Source of the DNA: Utricularia gibba
Taxonomy: Eukaryota > Plantae > Magnoliophyta
Direction of reading: 5' to 3'
Length of the DNA stretch: 64,000 nucleotides
Assembly (NCBI GenBank): GCA_002189035.1
Contig: NEEC01000021.1
Coordinates: 62,001-126,000 of the forward strand
Below are positions 12,565 to 23,699 of this stretch, one piece after another; within the stretch, counting starts at the first letter, position 1, and the number at the start of each line of letters is the position of its first letter. The notes beneath the pieces are model-generated. The model was given only the letters and a program-made list of their open reading frames with translations, searched no databases and was not told the origin of the DNA. Position numbers and translations under genes: made by a program.

Positions 12565-14560
12565 CTATATCGTTTTTTGAAACTCATTCATCCAATGCAT
12601 ATCTATATCCAATAATTTTCTCAATTTATGCACAGAATTCACAGCAACATGCTGTTGAAATATCTTGTTATGGACTTCCATTTTCTTTGTATAGTCACTA
12701 AGCTTCTTGGCAATGTTATCCACAATCATCTTCTTTTCATGTGAAAATATATTATATAAGCCTTGTAATTGTCTTCTTTTTGCAACTTTTTCCCCAATTG
12801 GTCTGTCATCAATACAACTTGATAGTTGAGTTTCAATTGGATCCAAAGATACGTGAATTGAAGGAGAATCTTGTGACCTCTTCCCTTTATTTTTCTTCTT
12901 TGTGATATTGTCTATTTCCTAAAAGGATAAGAGGGTATAAAAAATCATAAATAATAGTATGAAATATCCATACATAAAAACTTTACCGTCCTTCATTTTG
13001 GTTGATCATATAATACTTTCCAAGCATCCAAATAGGAGAATGGTTTACGTAACACTTCCTTGTACAATTTCAATGCCATCTCTATTAAGTCATAACTATT
13101 ATGCCCGTTTGGATTAACATGTAAAACTCGATCATATCTTCCTAAAAAAGCTTGCACATCGGTTGATAAGTGATTTTGTGCCACTTATATTTGTGCTTTT
13201 TAGGATTCATTTATATGGGTTTTGCATTCTTTTTATCTCACTTTTCTTATGTTTCTAGAAGAATTTTATATTTTTCATACCACTTTGATCTTTATATAGG
13301 GAAAGTGTGTTTTGTGATTTTTTAGGACGAATTTAGAATAATTTGGAGGATTTTCGAGCTACTTTGATGGAGGCTAAGATTTGGTCTATCCGAATGAAGA
13401 CTCGGTCAAAGATTCTTGGATAAGATAAGATTCACATCTTATCTTGGAAAACTTGGATCTCATTCTAGAATATTTGTATCAAATCTTAGAAGATTCGGAT
13501 AGAAGATTTGATGTGAGCCCATCAAGAAAGTCCGACAAATCCCTAGCATTATATAAAGATCTAAAGCGAAGACAGAGAGTCAAGTGGTGGACGACTAGAG
13601 AGTCAAATTAGGGTTTAGAGTCGGGCCTAGCATGTTTTGGATTCCTTTCCCTTCGTTTTCCATCAACTTTTGTTTTTTAGAGTCAAGCATGCGTGTGTGA
13701 GCGCTTGCGGCTGAGGATCTGCTGTGAAGCTTTGCTTGCGCAAGTTATGCGCATGTGACTATCTTACTATGTTTTTCAACATTTAATTTGAGGTCTAATT
13801 CTGTTTTTCGCAACGTTTTCTTTACCGACGTGATTTTTAGTACCATATAATCCTAAGGGAGTGTGGGAGAATCAAAGATTGACCTCAAACACTTAAGGAG
13901 AAGGGCTCAATCAGACATTGTTGATAAGACACATTCTGTCTAATCTATCTATGAGGTGTGAGGTGTAGGGGTTAGATTTGGGTGTGAGGAAAACATGGGT
14001 TATTACAAGAGGTGAAATGACTCTGGTGGCATGGTTGATTCCATAATCCCACAAAACAAGGGACGGTGCTATAACGGTCACCGAGTAGCACTACTTTAAC
14101 ATAGCACCCTTAAAGCGTGCGCAAGCAAGTCAGTCTTTAAGGTTTGCACACACGCAAGGGCGAGTTTCAAATAAGGTGGATCTTATATCCAATGCCACTT
14201 TTATTATTGTTTTCAAAAACCAAATCTTTCTTTTGCTTTCAATCCTCTTTTTTTGTCTTTGTTTTGAAAAGAATATTCCAATAACAATTTCCTGTGAATA
14301 CGATCTTATTTTGTTACTTCGACGGTTTTTGTGTACTTGCAGAATTAACATCATCGGTATTGAGCATCTTCCATTTGTTTCTTATGGATTCAGAATCATG
14401 GATCCTTGCATCTCCTTCATTAGTTGTCATAGCCTCACAATAGAATGCAGTGACGCCTCTCCAAAATGGATCAGACTTGACAATTTCCTTTTATTGGATC
14501 CCCTGAAGTATTCAATCATGCCGAAACTAGTAACTTAACTTCTCCATCTTTGACTAGAAG
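12565..14560 (-). pseudogene. Harbinger ORF1 (Myb/SANT-like, NAM-associated), split by the solo LTR at 13164-14353
   Basis: KSDPFWRGVTAFY...SIRNKWKMLNT|DVQAFLGRY reads through once the LTR is removed. The C-terminal part has RPIGEKVAK. Confidence 0.75.
13164..14353 (+). mobile_element. Solo LTR (1190 bp, Athila-like termini)
   Basis: TGATAAGTG...AACATCA with a perfect TSD TCGGT (13159-13163 and 14354-14358). Confidence 0.88.
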
Positions 14561-15782
14561 TCATATAGATATAAAAAGAAGCTGCAAAAAAATAAAAGAA
14601 AGAAAATATATAGTTGAAGTGTTGAAGAAATGTATTATTTTGTGTTCCCCACATCAAATAAATTAATTAGATAGTTTAATGAAAGAATAATATAAATTTT
14701 AGATACAATTGCCTTACTATTATAAACTTGCATGTCCCCATAATCATTATATTTATACAAATTCTTTTGGTATCTAACTACCACACAATTCAAAAGAATA
14801 TGTATATAAAGAATAAGTATAGATATAAGTACTATAAATTCAACACACACAGAAAAATGGTATAAACTATTTTAGTTTTTATCCATCTTCGATTTCATCC
14901 ATAAATGAAGCCAAATAATCATTAAATGAATGATAGAGTCATAAATAAAATAAAAAAACAAATTGTAAAGATAATAAATGAACCAAAAAACATATATATA
15001 TGTATTAACATCTTCAGTTTTATTTATAATATTAAATGGTTACAGAAAAAGCCATAAGTGAATAAAACAGAAATAATTCATCAACAAAAATCAATTGTAG
15101 ATAGCCACACTTCTGGTTGCAAAAAAAAAAAGCATAAATGTAGTAAACTTAAATAATTCATCAATGAAAATCAATGTAAATTGTAAATAGAAATACAGCA
15201 ATTTACCTTTGTTGCTCAGAAGTGAGAAAATCTACTTTAAGAAATTATTTTTTTGGGTTGAAGTAATTTTTTGGTTGAGATGAAAGGAGAGCTTGAGATT
15301 TTTGGCTCTCTTTTTAACCATGTTTTTTGGCACAATTTTCCGTGGTAACTTAGTTTTTACGGAAAGTTCGTTTCCATCCACACTTGTTCTTCGTATTGAT
15401 GGGCGGAAAGAGAAGATGTGTAAAAATTTACTACGTGGCAGCCATGTATGCACTTATTAACCTTCTGATAAGCAATGGGGACGCCCTAAGACTCACCGAC
15501 ACAAAAGAATAATCAATTATATTTCAACAATACACAAAATACAGTAACATCACTCTATCGACTCCTCTACTACACCTACGCTAACTCCGGTAGACTCATG
15601 CCTCCGCTGCACTCTAGCAACCTCCGATCATAGGTCAGAGACTCTCGACTGAAACAGAAAGAATAATTATTACCATCATGCCCATACATCTCACTTTGCT
15701 TCAGCCCAATTGTGCCATCCTACTCAAACTTCCAGCATGTCAGCAACAATGGTCTCATGGGATCCCATTTTTTTTTTCATGC

Positions 15783-16075
15783 ATGCAAGAAGGAAGTTTA
15801 AGCTTGATGCAAATGGCTTAAACATTGACTTCCTTACAATTGTCAATCACAAAAAAAGTCATTTTATGTAACATTCCTTACGTCTCGTGTTACAGGTGGG
15901 GTATGCTGAGAGACATTATTACTGTCGAGCCCAATTACTACATCGCATATGCAGGTAAAAAAATAATTGATTTAACATTGAATAAAACAGTACATGAAGG
16001 TTTACAAGTGTAAATATTTTAATAAGGGCTTATTCTGATCGTACCTGGTAATCTTTTAAAATGAATAAATTTTTT
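15783..16075 (+). pseudogene. accD: NUPT copy 1: 3' part of accD
   Basis: MQEGSLSLMQMA and [34 protein letters not shown] match AccD RMQEGSLSLMQMAK and [34 protein letters not shown]. Confidence 0.9.
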
Positions 16076-16341
16076 TTTGTGTCATTTAGGATTGAACTGT
16101 TGAACAAATCCAATGTTGAAAATGACTCGTTCTTTATTAAATTGCAAAACAAGGTCACAGGAACAAAGCATAAAGAAATCACGAAAAAGACTCAAGTTTA
16201 TTATAATATATATCTTTCATATAGAAAGACGAGTAAACCCATTTTTGAAGTTCGATTTCATACTATTTTCTATATACTTATTTCAACTATTGACTCTGAA
16301 ATTTAGAGATATTTAAACCCATAATATCAAGCTATCAATTT

Positions 16342-16445
16342 ATGACAACTTTCAAGCTTCACCCTATTTTTGTATCTTTCATTGGCATAGTTTTTCGGGC
16401 AATCGCAGTGCCTTTTTTATTTCTTTATGTTAAAAAAATATTTAG
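16342..16445 (+). pseudogene. psaI: NUPT copy 1: psaI
   Basis: MTTFKLHPIFVSFIGIVFRAIAVPFLFLYVKK resembles PsaI [32 protein letters not shown]. It sits in the expected position after accD. Confidence 0.8.
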
Positions 16446-16893
16446 TGCAGGAAAGCTACTTTCCCAACTGTGTTCTTGAAACTTAGACTTGTAGCCTGAC
16501 ACATATATTAATTCTTTTTTCAGTAAATCTGATTTACCCTTCATTTTGTGGAACATGAAAGAAAACTTCTGAGACCTGCAAAAAATGATCCATTGGTATA
16601 TAAATTCTAACTAGTTTCAATCAGATGGATCAAGATAAGAGCCAGCGAGTGTGGTTGTAAAATATATGGATATATCCATATAGAGATATTGGAATCATAT
16701 AGATAATAATTTTAAATATAAGCAATTTGATGAATTATTCCCAAAGGTTCACATCAAATGAGTGCTAAACATTAAACTAGCGCAAGTTGATGAGATATAA
16801 TCAACTAGGAACCAAAAACAAAGACAAAAAAAGTAAAAATTAATATCATTTGTGGTCATCTTTGAATTCCAATAAAATGCAATTGGATCAAGT

Positions 16894-17437
16894 ATGATTT
16901 CTGGATGAGAACATATATGGATGGAGCTTATAATGGAGTCTCGAAAATTAAGGAATTTTTGCTGTGCTTTTATCATTTTTTTAGGTTCATTAAGATTCTT
17001 ATCGCTTGGTATCTTCAATTATTTTTGTAGAAATTTCATATAATTTATTCTGCTTCAAAAGATCTTTTTTCTCCCACCAGGGATAATTGTCTACTTACAG
17101 GATCACGGGTCTCTTTATTAGTATAATTTCGATTTTTTAGGTTCTTTAGGATTCTTACATAATGGCTATGATAAATTCGATAGAAAGGAAGAACTAGTGT
17201 GTACTTTCCGTTGAGGATTTCCTGTAAAAATGGTTGCATATTCCTCTGATTTTGTATGCAAGATATTCAATCCGTTGGAATAGAGGTTCAAGAGAATATT
17301 TATGCTCGTCAGCATCAAAGATAGGGAGGGAGGCTATTCCGCTAACCTCTACTGATGATAACTTAACTTGCCGAGAGCTTGAAAAAAAGGCAGTGGAATT
17401 GGCCTATTTCTAGCCTGCACCAATTGGAGTCTTTTAA
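16894..17437 (+). pseudogene. ycf4: NUPT copy 1: ycf4
   Basis: Nucleotide-level match to plastid ycf4 (GAACATATATGGAT..GAGCTTATA..GGGTCTCGAAAA...TTCGATAGAAAGGAAG...GAATTGGCCTATTTC), with indels and stops. Confidence 0.9.
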
Positions 17438-17768
17438 GACGTAGCTTATGTTGGCACTGGGGTTAAAGGCCAAAAGAATCTTTTTTTATAATAAAATTTC
17501 AATTAAAAGGTTCAAAGTCGTCGTATATGCAATAAACATAAAATCATTTTTTTTTTGGTTTTTTATGGGTAATTTATCAATTTAATTGAAACAAGACATT
17601 CAATCGAGTCCTTCAATTAATCTTATACATTAAACAAAAATTTACAAACAAAAAAGGACTCTTTTTTTTATAGGTTTGATATTTTGTTTATAACTTATTT
17701 TTTTAAGAACTATTCGATTACATAGAGTCGAACACAAAGGAGGTTAATTCAAATTTAATAGGTTAAAA

Positions 17769-18446
17769 ATGTGTCAAAAGAGAGCATCCACTACTTTTTT
17801 CTATCTTGCATGAATAATTTACTAAAAGTATGGAACCTTGAATTACAATTGGTAAAATACAGAAAAATCTGAAATATTTTTGAATGATATTTAAGAAAAA
17901 ATTATTCTAGAAAAATTTATAAAGTTAAAACAAATCCTCCTCTTGGATCAAACGATAAACTTCTAGGAGACACATTTAGAAATTTTTCCGATAAAAATCC
18001 ACAAAGAAACAATATAATTAGTATATAAAATGAGAATCTTATTCATATGATTTAACACTTCTCATCCAATCTAATATATTTTATTATTCGAATCAATTAT
18101 TCTATTTTAGGTAATAATGAACATGTTCTTATTAATTCTCGCATTCAGGAATTTTTATATAATTCAAGTGATACACCGAAGTCCTTTTCGAATCTAAAGT
18201 TGAAGATCATTGTTTCTTTCGATTCTTTTAGCAACCAATTTATATATCAAATTTTATTCATCCCATGGGTAGGGATTGATGATTATTACGTCTAAAAAGA
18301 TTTTATATTTGGTAATTATGATCAAATATTATCTGGTATTGTTTCATTTCTAGTTGTCCTCCATACTTTTTTAAGTATTGGATTTTTCTTATGTAAATCG
18401 TCTATCTCTAATACTGGTAGTTATTTATCATGTAATGAATGACTTA
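17769..18446 (+). pseudogene. cemA: NUPT copy 1: cemA
   Basis: Matches cemA from ATG...AAAGCATCCACT..TTTCTATCTTGCAT through CATTCACCCCA(TGG) to GTAGTTATTTATCAT..ATGAATGAC. Has deletions and stops. Confidence 0.88.
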
Positions 18447-18562
18447 TATCGATAAATAATCCACCAATATTTATCAAATCAATTCTGATGTTTCATATTA
18501 TCTAGTTCTATATTATATAAGTATTACAAATTTTCTATATGGGGATTTTCTCAGTAATCTAG

Positions 18563-19380
18563 TGAAAGGATTCTATTAAATACTAAAATAATCAAGAAGT
18601 AACTCTTATGAGGTTTTGATGATAATTTTGCAAGTATCCAAAAACCGTTAAAAGAATAAATTAGGATCGTCCACAAACCAAGTTTTTGTTGAATTTCTTT
18701 AAAAAAATGATTAAAAATTGATCGAAAATAAAGCAAAAGATTAGTTTTTGAAATAATGAAGAAAAATAACCTTAAATCTAAGTTTCATCTTGCTAAAATT
18801 CACGTGTGTGCATAAATCTTAAAGGATGATTTTCTTGCGTAATTTTTGAGGATGTTATTTTAAAATATAGATACTTGTTAATCGTTAGAGCACATTGCTT
18901 TTCGTTTAATGAGATTATAGAATCAACCATACTATAAAAGCTATTTCACCTCTTGTAATAACTCATGTTTTCATTCACATTCAATTCTAACCCTTGCACA
19001 TCACACTTCGTTACCAGATTAGATAGGATATACCTTACTAATAGTGTCCAATTTAGCTCTTCTCTTTAGGCGTTTGAAACCAATCCGAGATTCTCCCACA
19101 CTCTTTTAGCTTATGTGGTACTAAATAGAATCAAATCTAAATAGAATCAAATCTAAAATTAAATGTTGAATAACATAGTAAAATAGTAACATGCGTAGAA
19201 TTTGCATAAGTAAAGTTTCACCTTAGATTCTTAGCTGTAAGTGCTTACATACATGCTCGATTCTAACATAACAAAATTGATAAAAAGCAACATGTAATGA
19301 ATAAAAAGGTATCGGACTCGGCTCTATATTACTATATTGACTCAAAGACTCTAATACTCTGATAACTTAGTGTTCAGATA
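18563..19380 (+). mobile_element. Probable SIRE/copia-like LTR fragment
   Basis: Begins TGAAAGGA..., contains GAGGTTTTGATGATAA and a CTATAAAAG TATA-like site. The 3' end and TSD could not be defined. Absent from NUPT copy 2. Confidence 0.4.
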
Positions 19381-19835
19381 TAGAGGTAGTGATTTGTTAG
19401 ACTTTTTTTATGGGTGCGTATCAAATCTTCTATTAGAATATTCTAAGATAAAATGCAATCTTTTATGATAAGATCCAAATGTTATCTTAATCAAAAATAT
19501 TTGACTCAGTCTTCATTATGATAACCCAAATCTTTGATTGTATCATGTTCACTCTAATTTCCTCTAATTTAGGTTGATATTAGTTTGAAAAATCATAAAA
19601 ACACTCTCTTCCTCCTAAAAGATCAAATTTTTACGAAAGATATAAAATTTATTTAAAAATATATAGAACTTGAAATAAAAGGGATGCAAAAAAAAAAGTT
19701 ACAAAAACCACAAATATAAGTGATATAAAACTTTCTATATTCTAATGTTTCATAGTATATAGTTCTATATTATATAAGCATTACAAACTTTCCCTATGGG
19801 AATTTTCTGGATACTCTATTAAATTATTCTATTAA

Positions 19836-20073
19836 GCTCATATTTGGTTGATTAGTTTGGATATGTTTGGATGGGTATAGAATATATTTTGTATGTTTGG
19901 TATATCGAATTATTTAACCAATACAAAGACCAAAACCTGAGATTTTCTTTACACAAAGGAAAAAAATAAATACTAAGGGGGAGGTAGGTAAAAATATTTC
20001 CCTCAACTAAATTCATATATAATCTTTAATAAACTAAACCTCTTCATTCTTTTCCTTTTAACCAAACATGGCC
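19836..20073. mobile_element. Tourist-like MITE
   Basis: TIRs GCTCATATTTGGTT and (reverse complement) GGCCATGTTTGGTT, with TAA on both sides. Confidence 0.65.
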
Positions 20074-20399
20074 TAAATATTAAAATAATAGATAAGGAAA
20101 CTGTTATGGTGTTTGATAAATTAATGTATTTTTAAAGATATTTTTGTAGCATCAAAACACTTTACGGTGATTGTAAAAAGGACATAAAGAACGAAGAGCT
20201 TGTAACCAGAAAAAGGAAAGCTACGGGTGCTTACACATCATGAAAATAAGATTCATGAATAATTGAGAAGATTATAAAGAGAACTTGGTCTCGCCAAGAA
20301 GACTGAGGAATTTTTCCTCCTCAGGTTGAATTTATGTCTATGTAAAATCAAGTATGGAGATGGGACTTCCCATTTTTAATGTATATTTCTATTCATATC

Positions 20400-20560
20400 T
20401 TTTACATGGGAATATCTTCCCCTCATTTTGAAGAAAATAATGACTCCTAATATAAAGTGTGCCAGCAAAGATGTACTTGTAGATTTTGACAAACTTTATG
20501 GGTTGCATACAAACTATGCACAAGAGATTCGTAGGTATTTCAAGCCTCATGTTATAAGAT
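20400..20560 (+). pseudogene. Exon remnant of an unidentified nuclear gene, copy 1
   Basis: Frame WEYLPLILKKIMTPNIKCASKDVLVDFDKLYGLHTNYAQEIRRYFKPHVIR is conserved with the copy at ~46280-46440, which ends at a GT donor. Confidence 0.45.
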
Positions 20561-23500
20561 AATCTTAAATTTAATATTTTGCAGTCTACTCCTCTTTTTC
20601 TATTTTATCAGAAATCATATAAATACAATTCCAATTAGGATAATATTTTACGATTATGAAACAATTTACTTTTTCTTTAGATCATTTAGTAATTTGCTAT
20701 AACCATATAATACTCTCCCTTCTTGATTACTATGTTTATATGAGTGATCCCCAAATGACGAAAATTTCTCATTCGCTTTTTCCTATCCCCAGTGGATGAA
20801 ACTAAAGCTCTCAATTTCTGTTGAATTACACTTTGAGTGAGTCTTCAATGGGCTCCTTGAAAGCGTGATGCAAATAAATGCATTTTTGTTTTTACAGTCT
20901 TGGAGCAATATATGCGCATGTAATCCTGGTCATTGAATAAATACAACTTTGAGAATAACTAATTGATTTGTTTTCTTTTAGTTATTATTAGGGTCGTTAA
21001 ATTATCAATAATGTATAAAATCTAAATTCCAATGGCATTGGCTACTATAACTAACCTTCTCAACAACCATTTATTAGGTATTTTATTTGATCAGGTGTTA
21101 AAAGCATAATTCGATACCAAACACAAGGTAAATGGAAATTTAACGGATAAAAAAAATAGTGGATTCCATCGTTTGTATGGTTAATTCCTAAATGTTGAGG
21201 TCTACTTTTTACCTAGGTTGCGTGATTCACTGGGTGCATGCAAAGTGCATCCTAATTTCTACACTAAGAAAATGGCCTGGCACATCAAAAAAGAAATCCA
21301 ATATTATTTAAAGCAGTGCAGATCCAACCGGACCCTCATATGATTTAAAACTTTTAAGCACAAATATGAGAGCTTGAAAAGAGTGGAAATGGGGTTTTTT
21401 GCTGACTAGTGAAGATCTAGGTGCTTTGGTAATCTAGAAGAACAAGGGAATGATAATGAGAGTGGATTCAAGGATTAAGATTTTGATTTAGTATTAGATA
21501 TTGACTTTGATATTTAGACTAGTACAATCATAAGGCCAAAGGATTTGTGACAATTAGGTATCCCACATTGGTTACGGACAAAGGTGGTGACATGCTTTAA
21601 TATAAAGATCTTGTTAATTTTGCATGAGGTCTTTTTTTTTTTAAAGAAAAAATGTAAAACTGTGAGGTTTGTATATTCTAAAGTAAACAATATCGTGCAT
21701 GGCGAATGAGAATTGACATTTTCTATTATATTGTTTCATGTTTTTTGGCATTATCTTTTAGTTATTAATGAATGTTTTTAATGAGTTGTTGCATTTGATA
21801 AATTTATTTTGTTTTAATATATATATATATTTTAAAATAACACACATTTAACACACCTTAAAAATCAGATTTCTAAAATCAACGAATCTCGCACCCATGC
21901 ACCCCAAATCTTGCACCTCCTACCCATCTTTGTGCAACATAGCTCTTTACATTGGAGTCATTCCTTCATTTAATCAATATTATTGATAACTTTTATAGTT
22001 CACACTAATCACTTTGGCTTTAACCATTAACTATCCAATAATAATAAATCTTTCACAATGAGACACGTTCGTACAGTAATGTTATGAAAGTTAGACGGAC
22101 AGCTGACCCTCTTAGTTCGTCGTTTTCATGACCTAATGAGAACTTAATTTTCATGTTTTTAATAAACTTTGTTCGGCTCAATCGATGCATGCTTATTATC
22201 TTATATTCAGCTGAATGGTTGGATTTTCGGAAACCATAAGCTTTATAGACATTAGATCAGTCCATCTTTTTTATTTTAATTTTTAGATAATGGACATCGT
22301 GAGCCGGACCACGTCGGATAGACATGTCATTTTGAGTGAATTAGGAGGAAGTGGGCATTCGAGACGATCCATAATCACACAAACCACATCTTTGCCCTGG
22401 GCAATCCCATCACGAAATCCAATGTTACATGCTCCTATTTATATTTGAGAATCTCCAAAGATTGTAAAAACCCTTATGGTACACCTAGTGTTTCGCGTTG
22501 ACTCGTTGATATGCTTAGCTCCTTCTCCCAAATTCCCCATGGCTTCTCTTTACTTATTCTTCCCATTTATACTCAGATCAGAAAGCACTGTTTTGATGCC
22601 AGCTCATGAGTGAAACAAGTCGCACATACACCTACTTTCATTGACGTTGATGACATCCCCACCGGGAGAGTAATAAGGAAGAAAGATACCCTTGTCCATG
22701 GGTTGGTTCTGGGTCGGTTATTGCTAGACCCACGGAATTTTTCAAGGACTCAAAGCTGGAATCGAAAGCACACTTCTTGCACGGTTCGGTTTCAAAACGG
22801 TTCCATTTCAGTTTTGAATAAAACCAGAAACTCACATTTCAAAATTTTACATCAATTCATAACAAAAATAACCAATGACAAAATATTAGTATGTAAAACC
22901 AATTTTTCAAAGAAAAAAATAGTTTAAAAACTAAAATTATTCAAAAACATCATCATTTAATCAATTAATAAAGCCTAGGCATTCTCCAACATCTTCAGAG
23001 TGGAGATGGAAGGGGCGAGACTAGCCATAGTCACATAAATGACTCCCATTCCTCAAAGCCCAATTATCAATTTACAATTACTCTTGATTGATATAATATT
23101 TAAAATAATATAATATTAATAATATATTAAAAATCTTTTGGTTCTCAATCTGACCTAGACCTGTTGGTTCCTAAAATTTAGGACCCCAAACTGACCCAAA
23201 ACTGGAATCAGTGGAACCAGAACGGCGAAAATTCCAGTTCAGTTGTAGTTCGGATATGGTGATTGATTAAGTCTCTCATTAGGACAAATTCCTGAAACTT
23301 TGGTAACTCCAACATCAATACAAATCAAGAAAGGAATCTAGAAATTGCAGATTTCTTGTTTAGGAAAGTTAATTTACTTGATTATATACGTAGTACTTTT
23401 GATCACATGTATTCAACACATTTAAAATCAAGCAAACATTTTCTTTTCAAATTCTTGTACCTAGAATTACTGCTCTTTCTTCCCGAGAATTCTTGCAGTC

Positions 23501-23699
23501 TTGTATGTCTAATATGTTGTTTAGTAATTGGCATGTTGAATGATATACATAGTGGGATGATTTAGATTGACCCTAGCCCGAGCTTATGAGTTGTTTTCAA
23601 TTTCGTCAGCTGTTGTTCTATTTACTCTTTAAAAGAATACTAAACTAGGAGCCACTTTTTTAGAATGCAATTGCCACAAGATCAACAATTCCATAAGTC

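Larger units (their letters stand above)
11132..15486 (-). mobile_element. PIF/Harbinger DNA transposon, structurally complete but decayed
   Basis: 18-bp TIRs GGGCATCCGAATTGCTTA and (reverse complement) GGGCGTCCCCATTGCTTA, with TAA TSDs at 11129-11131 and 15487-15489. Contains Myb/SANT-like ORF1 and DDE transposase remnants. Confidence 0.9.

Noticed and set aside
21240-21520. Possible hAT transposase C-terminal remnant
   Set aside because: Similarity is too weak, and no TIR/TSD pair was found.
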